A stretch of 64,000 nucleotides of DNA from Eledone cirrhosa (lineage: Eukaryota). The stretch lies in NCBI GenBank assembly GCA_964016885.1, contig OZ024758.1, forward strand, positions 4,340,001 to 4,404,000, written 5' to 3'. This document shows positions 39,027 through 53,634 of the stretch, in pieces; position 1 is the first letter of the stretch, and the number at the start of each line of letters is the position of its first letter. The position numbers were made by a program, and so were the translations under genes. The notes beneath the pieces were generated by a model. The model worked only from the letters and a program-made list of their open reading frames with translations. It was not told where the DNA came from and searched no databases.

Positions 39027-42000
39027 ATCTTCACTACCATAATAATGGAGAACCTAACATTCATCAGAATCAAGAAATTCCCTAAAGTTCAATGAAAACT
39101 ATTCATAACTCGGTATAGTTGGTGTTGTCTTCTTTACAAACTATATAGACTACAATTTTTAGTATATAGGTTCATACTCTTATCTAAATATAATTTCAAA
39201 TAAGAGATACTGAAATATTTACACATTCTTATTGTAAGAATTGTGTTTTAGGTCCATAAGGAAACTTTTCCACTATCAATGTAGACTATAGTGTAAATCT
39301 GTGTAGACGTTTCTTCTTGATTTATTTGTTGTTGTGTAATCGAAGAAAATATTTTTAAAGGCACAACTTCAAAGTATAAAGAGGTTCGTCTTATTGAATC
39401 AATAATCTGAATATATTTAGCACTAACTCTATATCGTCTAGCTTCTCTACATTTTTCACAGCATATGACATGTTGATGGATACCAATTTTAAAAAGCTTC
39501 TATCAGCTAAAAACATAACAAAACAAAAAAAACAGTAAAATATTCAGCTTAATGTAACATATCGACAGTAAAATGTTATGTTTATCGTTTTAACATCATA
39601 TGTGAACTGCTGAGGTTTATTACATTTTTCAAAAGCATGTACAGTGTAAGGAGGCAAAGAGTGTATATCAGATTACCATATATGTACACGTTAGACTTCA
39701 AAAGGAAATTATTTATTTATTCATTTAACCCTTTCAAATATAAATTGTGAATATGATATATGTAATCTATACTATATTCACATGAAATAAGTGTTACACA
39801 GCCAGCCAAAGATATACAAGAATGGAGACAGGAGAATGTAAAATTGATATTATCAAACATTTTGTGAAATATATTGAAAGATAAATTAATTCTGTTCCTA
39901 CCTAGATTTTCAATTTAATTCTGTTAAAATACATTATATTTTGAATTTAGCAACTTAATTTCCTTAACATACTCCGCAACATCTCATTCTAAAAATACAA
40001 CTCTTTATTGTTACACATATTCATGGCTCAACATGCATAATACAATTGACAATGTGGGTCCATACATCTACCCCAAATGTTGTGAAACATGTTAAGATGA
40101 AATCCTTTCAATAAATGATCATATTTTAATGATGGTAACAGATGGAAGTGGTTACTATGCGATTTATAATTCAATTGTAACATAATTACCTTCTACTTAG
40201 GCCCCTTAAGAATACAAGTCATCAAAATAAAACATTGTGTTAAACCAAACTACATGTTTTGAGGATAAGTCAAAATAAGATGTGTTAGTGATTTCTGTGA
40301 GAGTATTGCAAAGGTTAAAATTTACTTTGTATTTCACAGTGTAATATTTTAAAATAGGTTTGGTAAGTGATGATGCTTTCTGTCCTTCATCAATGGTGAT
40401 ACCACCCGTTAGTTTGACACCAGTTCCTGGCTAACAATGAATGACAGTCAATGTCACCACCCATTTGTTGACAAGAGTTGGTGGTTAACAATGAATGACA
40501 GTCAATAACACTACCCATTTGTTTGACAAGAGTTCGTGGTTTGAGGTAATGATGTATCAACTAGTCCAGTCTTATGGTTTATTCCAGATACTTACTCACA
40601 TTGCATCAAATATTTAGTTTTGTTCCTCTTCTTCTAGAAATTTATATTAATTTGTATATTTTTTCATACATCACCAAATATATCATACTTTATTATGGTT
40701 TCTGTAAATATCATGCCGTAATATTTTTGTTGTTAAATATTGACTTTCGCTTGGGAAAAGTTTAGATATTTCGTGCAATGATGTGTTTTATCGATGTATG
40801 TAATCATGTACGTATGTAAATATGTAGGCATGCATGTATATAAATATGAACGTCTGTATGCATGTATGCATGAAAGTATGTGTGTATGTATGAAAGCATG
40901 TATGTATGAAAGCATGTATGTATGAAAGCATGTATGTATGAAAGTATGTATGTATGAAAGCATGTATGTAGCAAGCATGTATGTATGTAGCAAGCATCCG
41001 ATGATGTTGATCAGTTCTCCTTTTTGGGTAGTGTGTTCGATGCTCAGCGAGTAGCATTGGTCGAGTGCAAGACTTTTGCCCATTTAAAAAACCTTGAAAG
41101 CTCAGGCATTGCTTGTTCAGGATATTTTACAGGTTCGTGTGACTGGTCGTAGCCTAAAGGTGCACCAAACTCTATAATCTGACAAGCGATAGCAGTCCTC
41201 TTCGCAGAGTTTGCAGCCATTATGTATGTATGTAAGCATGTATGTATGTAAGCATGTGATTTGAAACAGATTTGCTTGGTTTTCCTTGCAGCTACCTAAT
41301 TGGCTGGATATATAAACGTTTGGTCTTAGGCTGGGGAAATTTTTCCAAACATGAAATGTAGCCACACATTAATAAATATATATCAGAGGAAAATCCTTCT
41401 TTAAGATCTCGTGTTATACTTTTGATTAGGTACCGTATGTGTCAATATGAAATTTTAACAGAGAAATGTTTGTATATTCCATGAAGTTACTTTCATATTT
41501 AGATAACACATCTGCCCTTTCTAATTACCCCTTGTTCGGTTGGTATCAGATTATTAACCTCCTATCCAAACTTATTTCTTTAAATTTTTTTGTAAATACA
41601 TCATGTGACATTCAAATTTAGATACAGCTATTTATGTAGCTTGACGTTCTCAGACTTACTTGTATTTAGATGTCATGGTGACATAGACGTGTTGCTATGA
41701 CATAGGGCTCAATATAAAGAGAGTTTGTTTGAATTATATTTAGTCTGATACGATTGTGTAAGATCAATTTTGAAAAAAGAGGTAAAATCTGGATTGGGGA
41801 GTGAAAGAGAAACAGTGCCGGGCATAGATGTATTTATATCTATGTGTTTGTGTGGTTTGTGAGCCTGTGTGCGTGTGGTTTTGTGCGTGTGTGTCGGTGT
41901 CTGTGTCTGTGTCTGTGTGCGCGTCTGTGTGTATGTCTGTATGGGTGTGTGTGTGTGTGTGTGTGTGAGTGTATGTGTGTGCTTTTGTGACTGTGTGTAT

Positions 42001-42052
42001 ATAGCTATATATACGTATATTTCTGTGTGTGTTTGTATATATATATGTGTGT

Positions 42053-42108
<56 letters not shown>

Positions 42109-43016
42109 AGGTGTGTGTGTGTACGTGTGTGTGTATACGTTTGTACGTATGTATGTGTGTGTGTGTGTGTGTGTACGTGTGTGTGTCTACGTTTGTCTGT
42201 ATGTGCATGCAGAGTAGAAGGGCAGGAAAATGGACGAAGTGTGATGGAGAAAGAGAAAAATACAGAAAGAATTCAAGAAAGAAAGGAGAAAAGGAGAAAA
42301 TGAGAGATAAAGATGATAAATGATTAACTTTTTAAAGAATTGGAAACTAGAAGCTGACTAGTCCTTGGGTAATTTAAAACCTGATTGAATTATCTGACAC
42401 ATGAAAGAATAAAATTTTATAATCTTCTGGGCTTTGGTATTAGCCAAATCAATAAGAAAATTTACAAAAAATAGCATTTCCTTGACTATTAGAATTAAAT
42501 ACGTCACCTATAAAGTATAATTAGAAAGTCGTTATCTTAATTGTAAGGATTAATATTTTTTGCAGCGTATTCTTTTTTGCTAAGAGTTTTAAAACACAAA
42601 GGTGAAAAAAAAAGAAAAGAAATTGCATTCATAATTACTCAGGGAAGAAAAGATATTTTCCAAGAGGCAAGTGAAATAGAGAAAATAACATCAGATGGTT
42701 GAACGCTTTGAAGTGTTCTTAATCCTTTTGCTTTTAAGTTTCTCTGTGTTGTAGGGAATTTCTAGACTATTGTCCCCAGACTCTCCTCGTTTGCAACATT
42801 AAATGGATATCTTGCTTACTTTTGCTATACACGTTTACACTTTTAAAAGATCATTTCAATTTTCCCCGAGACATGTAATCTTCCTGTTATCTAATCTTGC
42901 ATTCATTTTTCTCTGCCAGGGAGACTCGACACGTCAAAATTAACTTTTCTTCGGAGACTAATAATCATAATTTTTAATATATCCCGTCTTCCTTTCTTTA
43001 TATATTATATATATAT

Positions 43017-43246
43017 ATATTTATTAAAATAACAGATTAAAGTTTAAGCAAAGAATCGCTGCTTTCACACTTAACGGGATCTTCTGAAACAGAAGATCCA
43101 GTTAAGGATGAAAGCAGCGATTCTTTGCTTAAACTTTAATCTGTTATTTTATTAAATATTTGCTCTACGGTTCTTATATATCTGATATATATTTCTCCTT
43201 ATCGAGCCCTCTTTGGATTTTAGTCTTCAAGTTTATTATTATTACT
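43017..43246. mobile_element. Family B TA-embedded fold-back element (palindrome ~43017-43159)
   Basis: ~70-bp arms around CTTCTG-AAA-CAGAAG; homologous to 60597-60839, 58102-58150 and 45784-45830. Confidence 0.85.
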
Positions 43247-43561
43247 ATATATATATATGCAGTAATACAGAAGACCCGCCTTGCCTATGTACAAAGCGAA
43301 ACCTACAGTCAGTAGGCACCTCTTAACCAAATATACACCCCAATCCACTACCCCTACCCTATCCTCCCACTCCCATCAACACCACCCTCTCTCTGTAGAG
43401 TTGGTACCACAATATCCAGTCCATATATATGAGATAATGAGATCGAGATCGTGTAGGTGCCACGACAAAAAAAACACACAGTCCATATATATATATATAT
43501 ATAGTATACTAGGGAGAGGATCAGGGGTGTATAACACTCCACATATATACATATATGTATA

Positions 43562-43736
43562 CAAGGAAAAGAGATGAAATCGAAAATACAAATGGAGTCG
43601 TTTTTTTTAAATATATATTTATTTGGTTCCTTTACCGGTTTCGCAGTTCTTGTGCTTTTCAAAAGTAGAAGTGAGGTGGAGGGTTTGTGGTTTTTCTGCG
43701 AGAAAAACCACAAACCCTCCATCACAATTCTACTTT

Positions 43737-43741
<5 letters not shown>
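43562..43741 (-). mobile_element. TA-embedded element: hairpin 43661-43737 directly upstream (on minus) of the hammerhead-like motif
   Basis: AAAAGTAGAA..GGAGGGTTTGTGGTTTTTCT-GCG-AGAAAAACCACAAACCCTCC..TTCTACTTTT. Confidence 0.7.
43630..43665 (-). ncRNA. Hammerhead-like motif with U3-A8 core variant
   Basis: Minus strand: CTT-TTGAAAA-GCA(CAAGAAC)TGC-GAAA-CCGG-TA-AAG, followed shortly by AATAAA. Confidence 0.6.
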
Positions 43742-43772
<31 letters not shown>

Positions 43773-43946
43773 GGGCCCACGAGCAGAAGGACGTATTTTT
43801 CTGGCGGCGGGATATAGTAAAATCGAATTTCATTTGAGGATGCCGTTGTCATAACAACAAAGCATGAATTACATCTTGCTTAATGGGAGAACCGTTGAAA
43901 TAATTATAATGAATAAACGAATTATGATGTAACATCAGCATCTGTA

Positions 43947-43987
<41 letters not shown>

Positions 43988-43990
<3 letters not shown>

Positions 43991-44127
43991 CGAAGGAAAT
44001 GTGGTAAGGAACCAGGTGGACCATAACGCACCAAAGTACTCAATACTTGAGGTAGTAGAGTGGGTAATAGGAACCAGTAAGACCCCGACAGCTGAGCTCA
44101 AGCCGTTTCGACGGCTAATTCTGGACT
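43988..44127. mobile_element. Family A short element
   Basis: Near-identical to 18452-18586; TA-flanked. Confidence 0.85.
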
Positions 44128-46455
44128 ATATATATATATATAGTGCACTCTTGCGATTATATATACATATATTATATATCTTTACATATTGTTCGAATTT
44201 CAGAGAATTTCTAGAACAGTCATTCGTAGGGAAACAAGTTGATATCGTTTAAGAATGTTATGTCAAATAAATATCCATTCCTGCTCTATAAGATTAATTA
44301 GCCAGTACTACTGTAGTAGGAACAGGTCATATGTGTATGTCTTTGTGAATTTGTCTATATACATGTTTCAATGTACATATATGCATATCTGTAAGTGTGC
44401 GTATGTGGCCCTGTGTACCTATATGTATGTGGAAATATATGCCTATGTGTACGTGTTTCAGTATGTGTTTGTGTAGATATATGTGTGTATGTGTACATCT
44501 ATGTGTGTATATGCCTATGTGTTCCTGTGTATGTAAGCTTGTGTACATATGTGTGAGTATACATACATATATGTGTGTGTGTGTGTGCAAATATAGGCTT
44601 ATATGTACATGTGTAAGAGTATGTGTTTGTTTTTACACACATGTTGGTTTCTCCATATAATATCCTACAACCTTCATAAGGGACTTAAAAATTTCATGGC
44701 CGACAGTCTGGTTGGAATCAGGCTCCAATCACAACTGACTGTTCAAACGTTACATGTTACATAGAGACAGTTAATCATATATATTTCTCTACATCTCATA
44801 AATCACTACTAATTCTATAACATAATAGCTTACTACAACTGTAGTCTATATATGGAAGATAATTTCACATATGGAGCTTAAGGATATATAGAAAAAGCTG
44901 CAATATATTTTATGTAACAAATATTTCAACAAATAAATCTCTATGCAAACATATATTTCAACACTAAAAATAAAATTGATCGATAGATGTAGAATTTAAA
45001 TAGGAATATTTGCTCACTGGATAAATATACTTAATCATTACAGACAAATAATTTTCCTATTTGAAACCCCTCTGAAATAACATAGAAAGTTTTCTCTAAC
45101 TATATGTCGATTTATATAATTATTCATGTGTTATATAATCCAGAGTATTGACATGTTAAGTGAATCTGAAATAGCGATTAAAGATGGACGCTATCCAAAA
45201 GCACGATGCAATTAGTGCAGTAGTTTCCCTATCTCTTTTCATATATTTCGGAAACTAATCAAAATAGTAAAGCAATTTTGAACATTACATTGGACATTTG
45301 TGTTTAACAATCAATAAATATGTATGTGCTAATCTATATACCAGGGTGCATATGAATGGAAATGTCTGCAACATTTAGATAACTTCCAAATCTGCAGTCT
45401 ATAGAAATGTATCTATCTTCAAATACACACACACACACAGACACACAGACACACAGACACACACACATATTTATAAATATACGTTGGTATACCAGGGTGC
45501 ATGTCAATGGAAATGTCTGTAACATTTAAATAACTTACACATCTGCAGTCTCTGCAAGTCTATCTATCTTCCTACATACGCAAAAGGCATACACACACAC
45601 ACACATATATATATATAAAGTTACTGTAGGTTCACCCAGGTGAGCATTCGATGTTTAGGTTCACGTCAGTAGCGAGGTGTAGAGTTAAACAGAGTGTAAT
45701 ATAATAATACAAGGACGATTTTTTAAGCCTTCATTACGTTTATTGATTGGGGACGTGCGTTTCGCTAAACAATTATTAATAGCGTGAAAGCAGCGATTCT
45801 TTGCTTAAAAACTTTAATCTGTTCTAATAATATACATAAATACATACATGTGTTTGGAGAGAGAGGGAGAGAGAGAGAAAGGGAGAGAATTCAAAAGAGA
45901 GAGAGAATTGAAAAGAGAAAGAGATATGGAGGAATAATTGAACCTAATTCTAGACTGGTACTTTGTTTAACAACTTCGAAATGGTGGAAGGGAAATATGA
46001 CCTGGGCAGCATTTGAACTCTGAAACCAGAGAACGGAAATGATTATCTCAAATAATTCTACCCGATATTCTAACATCTCTGCAAGTTCACCACCTTTGTC
46101 CCACTATTATAAAATGTAATTATGCAGGTCACGTATACTATACAGCTGAGTTTTGGTTCTTAAACTAAATGAAATTCTGATCAATTTGGAGATTTCTTTT
46201 ATCGATTCCAAGACTAAGAAAAGGATTAGAAGATCCAGATTGTAAAGAATTTAATATTTTATTTTACCAATACTCCACCTCTTTTATCGAATGGCTGCAA
46301 ATCAGTCTTTTAGTAATGCAGGATGGCTGAGAATGGTAATTGCCACAACATTATCACCATTAATTCAACCATTTAAACGACGTCTTAGATGTGACATTTA
46401 AAGCTTTATATCATTGATAATGTAATGGTCATTAAATTATCTAATTCCTTTTAAG

Positions 46456-46637
46456 ATAATTGTTTCTACTTTTGGCACAAGGCCAGCAATTACCCAGTAC
46501 ATTACTGGTACTTTATTTTATCGAACCTGTAAGGATGAAAGGCAAAATTAACCTCGGCGGGATTTGAACTCAGATCGTAAAGGGACGCAACTCTATGCTG
46601 GAAAGCATGTCCGACCCTCTACCGATACTGCCAATTC
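46456..46637 (-). mobile_element. Major-family SINE (an older degenerate copy lies at ~45930-46095)
   Basis: Reverse complement of the consensus. Confidence 0.85.
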
Positions 46638-47029
46638 TTTAGATAATGAAGTGGGATTAGAAATACATTTGCTAGTTAATTTGTAGAAAATAGTATCAAT
46701 TGTTGGTTCCATGCTACTTCGTTGACGGAAGTTTGTTTTTATTTTTTCATAAAATAGTTGAATGAGTAAAAGAGTCACCCTGATAATTATAGGAGCTATG
46801 AGATTGGTGGAAAAACGGTAGACATTTAAACTCAGATGGGGACCTATTTTCTATGTTAGGAGCAAAACAGAGATCATAAGAATTAATTATTGCTGTATAC
46901 CGGAGAACGGTTTAAGCCTTTCATTACAAAATAGAAACATTCCTTGCTAATGAAATACATTTTCTCACAGGTATGTCTGATTTGTTTGATTCAAGGGCTG
47001 GTTGGTTTGAGCTGGGTAATGGGTTGGGC

Positions 47030-47280
47030 ACCTCCTGGTCTACAAAATGGCTCAAATCGGCTGTCTATCAGATCTGCCAGATATTGGTGCTGAGGCTGGT
47101 ATGCTTCAGCCGGACAGTGAGATAAGCAACTCCTAGCCTACAAAATGGCTCAAATACGTTGTTTATCACCCCTGCTAGCTATTGGTACTGAAGGTCAGTA
47201 TACATGGGCTGGTCAGTGGGCTGAGATCCTCGCGGCCTATAAAATGGCTCAAGTAGGTTGTGTTTATCACCTCTGTCGGC
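47030..47280. repeat. Degenerate ~99-bp tandem repeat, 3 units
   Basis: CTA(C/T)AAAATGGCTCAA at ~47040, 47138 and 47237. Confidence 0.75.
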
Positions 47281-48494
47281 CAATCCCCCACCCATACGTT
47301 AGAACAGGCCCGGCATTGGCATGACCAAATTGGGTTGGGTGTAATGGTGAGAGAGAGTCGCTATAACAGATGTAATGCATGGGTTGCACTATTCTAAAGT
47401 GCATATACCTGCAGCTGAGCACCGCTTGTGAAACACCAATCGCCCAAAGAAACTCCATTGCAATGAACTTACACCATGAATTCCTTCGATGGAATCGGCT
47501 CAATCCACCCGTGACAACGCCACCCCAATTATAAGTATGTAGTAATCTGGTATTAATCGATAACTATATATATTCAATTCATTCAACGTCTTGGTATTTT
47601 TGCTAAACTTTTGCTCATTTATAAATGTGTTTATCATTCTATAATATATTGTAGCAATGTTAATTTCCTTCTGACATGATATAAATCACCCCAACCCCGG
47701 CCATATGATAACAGACAGCAAAACGCGAGCAAAGTGATTAATAAAGTGCAATTTCATTTATGTAATAAAGGCAAAGTTCTCTCACCAAAGCCAAATACAG
47801 AGCAGTGGCTAGATTATGGAGCCTATTCACTACATCTGTTTGTAAATTTTTTAACAAATATATAGATGGCTTGCAATAGTCAGTTCAGTTATTCCTCTGA
47901 GGAAATATAAAAGTGATATATACAGATATATTCCGCTATAATCCAGTTAATGTTACAGAGATAACCATCGATTGTATGGGTTGTTTGTATTTAGAACGAG
48001 ATGAGATTTTATTCACCTGGGAAATTTCGTAATGTTGCTGTGATTAGTGCTGATATAATCGTTGATTGCACACGATTGAAGCTCTAAATATCACAGTGTT
48101 TCATTTATTAAGCAACCAATCACTGTATTTTGGCGCAAAAAATGAACATGGCCGTCACCCCGTCTAATCAGCTTTAGTAGGAGAATGTATGTCGGACCTA
48201 CCAATAAATCACTTAATGTACCAGGCACAGTTATATATATGAAAGTGTTAACATAAATATATAGTGGTTGAATCTTGGCAGAATCGTTGAGGATTTTAAA
48301 ATAATAATTTACTGTTATATTCAAGTCTATTTTATGATTTTCTACTGAAAATTATTTTAGACACACACAAATCCTCAGTTTTAGAGGGAAACAGATCTAA
48401 TAGTCCTTGTATCCACCTCTATTTGAATTCAGAAGGTGAAGGGATTAAATACTGAAAGGCATTTTGACTAATGAACTGATTCTGCCAAGCTAAC

Positions 48495-48690
48495 AAATAA
48501 TCCTTTCTAATTTAGGCAAAAGGCCAACAACACTGGTGGAGGGGAAATTCCATTAATTCGACCTCAGTAATTACTGGTAATTTATATTTCGACCCCATAA
48601 GGATAGGTAGGATTTGAACTGAGAACGTAAAGGGTCCCAACACTATGCCGTAAATCATCTTGTCCGATGCTCTATAGATACGGCCAACCA
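48495..48690 (-). mobile_element. Degenerate major-family SINE
   Basis: GGATTTGAACT B box, GACCCC body, tail. Confidence 0.7.
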
Positions 48691-49296
48691 AATATTACAA
48701 ATAATTATTACAAAATATAAAATGCTTATGGTGTGTTTTAATGGGAACATTTTTTTCGCAGCATTGCAATTATTGTAGTTCTAGCATTTATATATCAACG
48801 AAAATCATATTCCAAAGATACCCAACATAATGATATACTATAATTATATTATTGGAAATTTGGACGCCGATCATCCCTCGATGGTGTCATATCTTGTTCT
48901 AGTGAACAGCTTAACAATGGGTTATACAGGAAATCACAAAGCAATATTCTACTCCGCTGTTCCTGCTATAAAACACATTAGTGGTTTGTTGGTTAGTTGG
49001 TAATATACAGCAAACTATCAGAAGAGGCTTGGTGTTTGTGAAAGCTTTGCTTGGAAAAATATATATGTATGTGTATATATATATATATACGTATATATTA
49101 TTTCATGCAACTGTATATGCATGTATGTGTATATATATATATATATATGCATGTATGTGTATATTTACGTATATATTATTGCATGCAACTGTATATGTAT
49201 GCATGTATGTCAGCATGTATGTATGCATGCATGTATGTATGATGTATGAATCTATATATGTATATATTATTGCATACAACTATGTACGCATCTATG

Positions 49297-49445
49297 TATG
49301 TGTGTAAGCATGTGTGTAAGCATGTGTGTAAGCATGTGTGTAAGCATGTGTGTAAGCATGTGTGTAAGCATGTGTGTAAGCATGTGTGTAAGCATGTGTG
49401 TAAGCATGTATGTAAGCATGTGTGTATGCATGTGTGTAAACATGC
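49297..49445. repeat. 12-bp minisatellite (GTGTGTAAGCAT)n
   Basis: Direct reading. Confidence 0.9.
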
Positions 49446-50804
49446 GTGTATGCATGTATATGTGTATATGTAATGAGAGATAATATGATGCCATGTATTT
49501 CATCTGTAATAAACGTTTGAATATCGTTGAGATCCGGCGAAATCTTTTATAATGAACTGTCGCTAGATGTTTATGGTTATAGCAAACAAGAAAAAGTTGA
49601 TATGGTGTCCATGTTGCTTTGAGAATTGTGAAGTATATATTGTTATGAATGGCGCTCTGATGGTAATAATGATGGTGGATTTAGATGTGTTAGTGACTGT
49701 ATGAGGTTGTAATAATGATGGTGGTTGTTTTAGACACGTTAGATACTGTATGGGGTTGTAATAATGATGGTTATTTTAGATATGTCAGTGACTGTATGGG
49801 GTTGTATTAATGATTGTGGTTTTAAACACGTTAGTGACTGCATGAGGTTGTTATAATGACAGTTATCTTACAAAATTCAGTGCATTTTACATCCTTGTGA
49901 GATATGCGAGTAAAAATATGACCAAATTTATGATAGTCATGACAACTACAATAAGCCGACTGGTATTAAAAGATAATCACCTACAATTCCCTTTCTACAG
50001 TTTTTAAACTGGACACACGAATTAAAATAATTCTAGATACAACATGTCAGCACAAATTACACATAGCGAGAACTTCTCTAATAATCTGTTGTCATAAGAT
50101 CTCTTCTCACCTAAACATCATCACCAACATAATCAGCAACAAACAATTATTAGCTGACAACCTGTAAACCTATATTTGATATGTCATTATTTTTAAATAC
50201 TTTGTTGAAGGACTTTAATGAGTTTTTGCAATTATTTTGTGGTAGACTATTTCTAAACGTTCAAATGAAGTAAATAATTTTTCATTGGGTGTCTCTGTTG
50301 GTTAGAATGGTCCTTGTGGTTGCGCTCATATAAGAAGGTATGTTGGTTAGGCTGCAATTCTGATTGCTGTGGCCCTACCTATTACTATTATGATGTTTGT
50401 AGCCCTACCTATAGTAATTATTATGACTGTAATACTACCTGTTGTAATATATTGACCCATTGTCAGCACAGATATGAGATCAAAGGCATTCTAACACCTA
50501 TGATCCTGGCAGTTGTGGAATTGTTGTTGGTCCTGATTACAATAGCATTGACCGAGGAGTCTGGTGATCAAAGAAAGAGTAACCATCGCTACACCTTTAT
50601 TTAACAAGGAACGTACCAAGAAGGACATCATCTTTCATTTTAATTTACCTTAAATTATAACCTATTAAAACAATATGAGTAATTTGTGAGAAATATGTCT
50701 CATAATGAATGCAAATCTGTTAAACAAGCGTAAAGAGGTATTTGTCATTGGTGATGACAAAGGATATTTGTTGATGTTTAGCATTGAACTAACGGTCATA
50801 TTTG

Positions 50805-51350
50805 GTGGTAAGGAAGGTACGGGGTGATGGTGGCAGGAGATAAGGTGATGGTGGTGGGGGAGATATGTTGATAGTGGCAGGGAAGGTAATGGTGATGGCG
50901 GTAGAGAAGGTAGTGGTGATGGTGGTGGTGGAGGGAAGGTAGCGGTGATGGCGGTAGGGAGGTTAGTGGTGGTGGTGGGGAAGGTAGTGGTGATGGTGGT
51001 GGAAGGTAGTGGTGAAGGTCGTGGAAGGTAGTGGTGATGGTGGTGGAAGGTAGTGGTGATGGTGGTGGAAGGTAGTGGTGATGGTGGTGGAAGGTAGTGG
51101 TGATGGTGGTGGAAGGTAGTGGTGATGGTGGCAGGGAAGATATTGATGATGGTGGCAGGGAAGGTAGTGGTAATGGTGGTGGGCGATATGCTGATGGTGG
51201 TAGGGGAAGATAGTGGTGATGGCGGTAGGGAAGGTAGTGATGCTGGTGGTGGTAGGGGAAGTGGTGGTGGAGGAACGTAGTAGTGGTGGTGGTAAGGGAA
51301 GTGGTGGTGGTGGTGGTGGTGGAACGTATTAGTGATGGTGGTGAGAGATA
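50805..51350. repeat. GGT-rich minisatellite with a 21-bp core (GGAAGGTAGTGGTGATGGTGG)
   Basis: Direct reading. Confidence 0.9.
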
Positions 51351-51919
51351 AGGTGAGGTGGTTATGTTGCTGTTGATATGAGTGATCAGAGTAGAGAACA
51401 CGATAAGTGAATTAGTAAATGTGATGATATTTAGTAGCAATAATAACAACAATAATAATAATAATAATAATGACATCTATAATGACGGCAATAATAATAA
51501 TAAAGAAAGAGAAACAAAAGGAAAGAAATAATAGGGAAATATAGAGAAAAAGAGAGAAAGAAACAAGGTAAAGAACGGGAAGAGGAGGGAATGACAAGAG
51601 ATCTGGTGTCGTAATTATAGTGATCGGTAAAGCGTTGAAATTATGGTGGAGCTGATACTGCCTGGTGGAGAGGATAGAAATCCGTCAAATATGAAAATAT
51701 ACAATGGTCATGTGATGGGGATGATAGTATGGTATTGATAATGAAATTGGTAAGATAATAAGACGAAGGAGAGGTGAAGTGAAAGAGGGGACGAGAGAGT
51801 GGCAATAATATTAAGGAGATGGACATGGTGTGATGTTCGTTGTAGCGTGGATAGTGAAGGGGATGATACTAGTGAGGACTTTACTTGTTATGGCAATGAT
51901 AGTATAATGGTGAAGAAAC

Positions 51920-52405
51920 ATGGCTTAGGGGTTAGAGCATTGGGCTTGCAAATGGAAAATTGTGAGTACGATTTCTGGACCGGGCGATGTGTTGTGTCAT
52001 TGAGCAAGACATTTTATTTCACGTTGCTCCAATTTATTCAGCTGTAGAAATGAGTTGCAACGTCACTGGTGCCAAACTGTATCGGCCATTTTGCCTTTCC
52101 CTTGGAAAACATCATATATAGTGTACATATATTATAATAGTGTGTATATAAGGTATATATAGTGTATATATATACTGTAACAGTGAGTATATAATGTATA
52201 TATATGAGTTGCGACGTCAGTGGTGTCAAGTTGTATCGGCCATAGCCTTTCCCTTAGACATCATCGGTGGCGTATAGGGAGGGGGGGTATATATGGGTGA
52301 CTACTGGTCTTCCACAAATATCTTGCCCGGACTTGGGCCTCAGAGGGAAACTTTCTAGGTTCAAATTCCATGGTCACTCGTGACCGAAGGGGATCTTTCC
52401 TCTTT
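51920..52405 (+). mobile_element. Second tRNA-derived SINE family (CORE-like body) with internal duplication and TA-rich insert
   Basis: TGGCTTAGGGGTTAGAGC head; GTGTCATTGAGCAAGACATTTTATTTCAC body; TGAGTTGC.ACGTCA repeated at 52051 and 52205. Confidence 0.7.
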
Positions 52406-52757
52406 AGTATAATGATAACACTGATTTTAGTGGTGATGATGAGGGCAGTGGAGTTGGTATGGTTATTGTGAAGGAGGTGTGTGTTGCCAGGAAGGTATAG
52501 TTTTAGATATGGGTTCGTATTTGTCTGTTTATACGGCTGTAAATATGTACCGTGTTTACGACAATGTATAGAATGTGTTAGTAGACATAGCTGTATGTGA
52601 CTTTACAGTATGTGGATAATTATATATAATCACACATATATGAAGGAATATATATATATATATATATATATATGCATGCGTGTGTTTACATATATATATG
52701 TATAAATATACATTATATATGTATCCGTGTGTTTACATATATATATGTATAAATATA

Positions 52758-52789
<32 letters not shown>

Positions 52790-52919
52790 GTTTCGCAGAG
52801 AAAATATGTGTAGGTTTGGGAGGTGGGGGTAACTGTGAATGTTACTAATTGAATTGATGTCTCATCCAATAAATGTTATGTCTGTATGTTTTATATTATA
52901 TATATATATATATATATAT

Positions 52920-53030
52920 TTATATACACACACATACACACACACATATACACACATATATATACACACACATATATACACACATACACACACATATACA
53001 CACACATATACACACACATATACACACACA

Positions 53031-53074
<44 letters not shown>

Positions 53075-53212
53075 TATATACACACATATATACACACACA
53101 CACATATATACACACATATATATACACACACACACATATACACACACATATACACACACATATATATACACATATATACACACATATATATAAACACACA
53201 TATATATATATA
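52920..53212. repeat. Compound (CA)n(TA)n microsatellite
   Basis: Direct reading. Confidence 0.9.
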
Positions 53213-53634
53213 GTGGGTGTATGGGTGTATGGGTCTTTGTGTTTTCTCTTTATTAATTTTCTGTAACTTAATTCATTTATTCATCTTGTTTTATATCTAT
53301 AGTGGTGGTCCAGGGTGGGAGCAGACTATACACAACCACAGAGGTGGGGTGGATGTTTCTGATTATAGTTTTTCTGTCCTGGTCTTTTTCATGTATGTTT
53401 TTTTATCATATTTTGTACCGAAACAAAACCAAAACCCAAAAATAAAAAAAATAAAAATAAATAAATAAAAAATACTAATAACAAGAAAGCAACAAAAATA
53501 ACAACAAAAAATAATCCCAAATAAATCGATGATCTCTGGCCACATGAAAGAGGGGGGAAATATTATTACTACCTTAATATGTGATTGCCAACTATTGATC
53601 CAATGCATGGACGTATTATAAACCTTGCCAGCGT

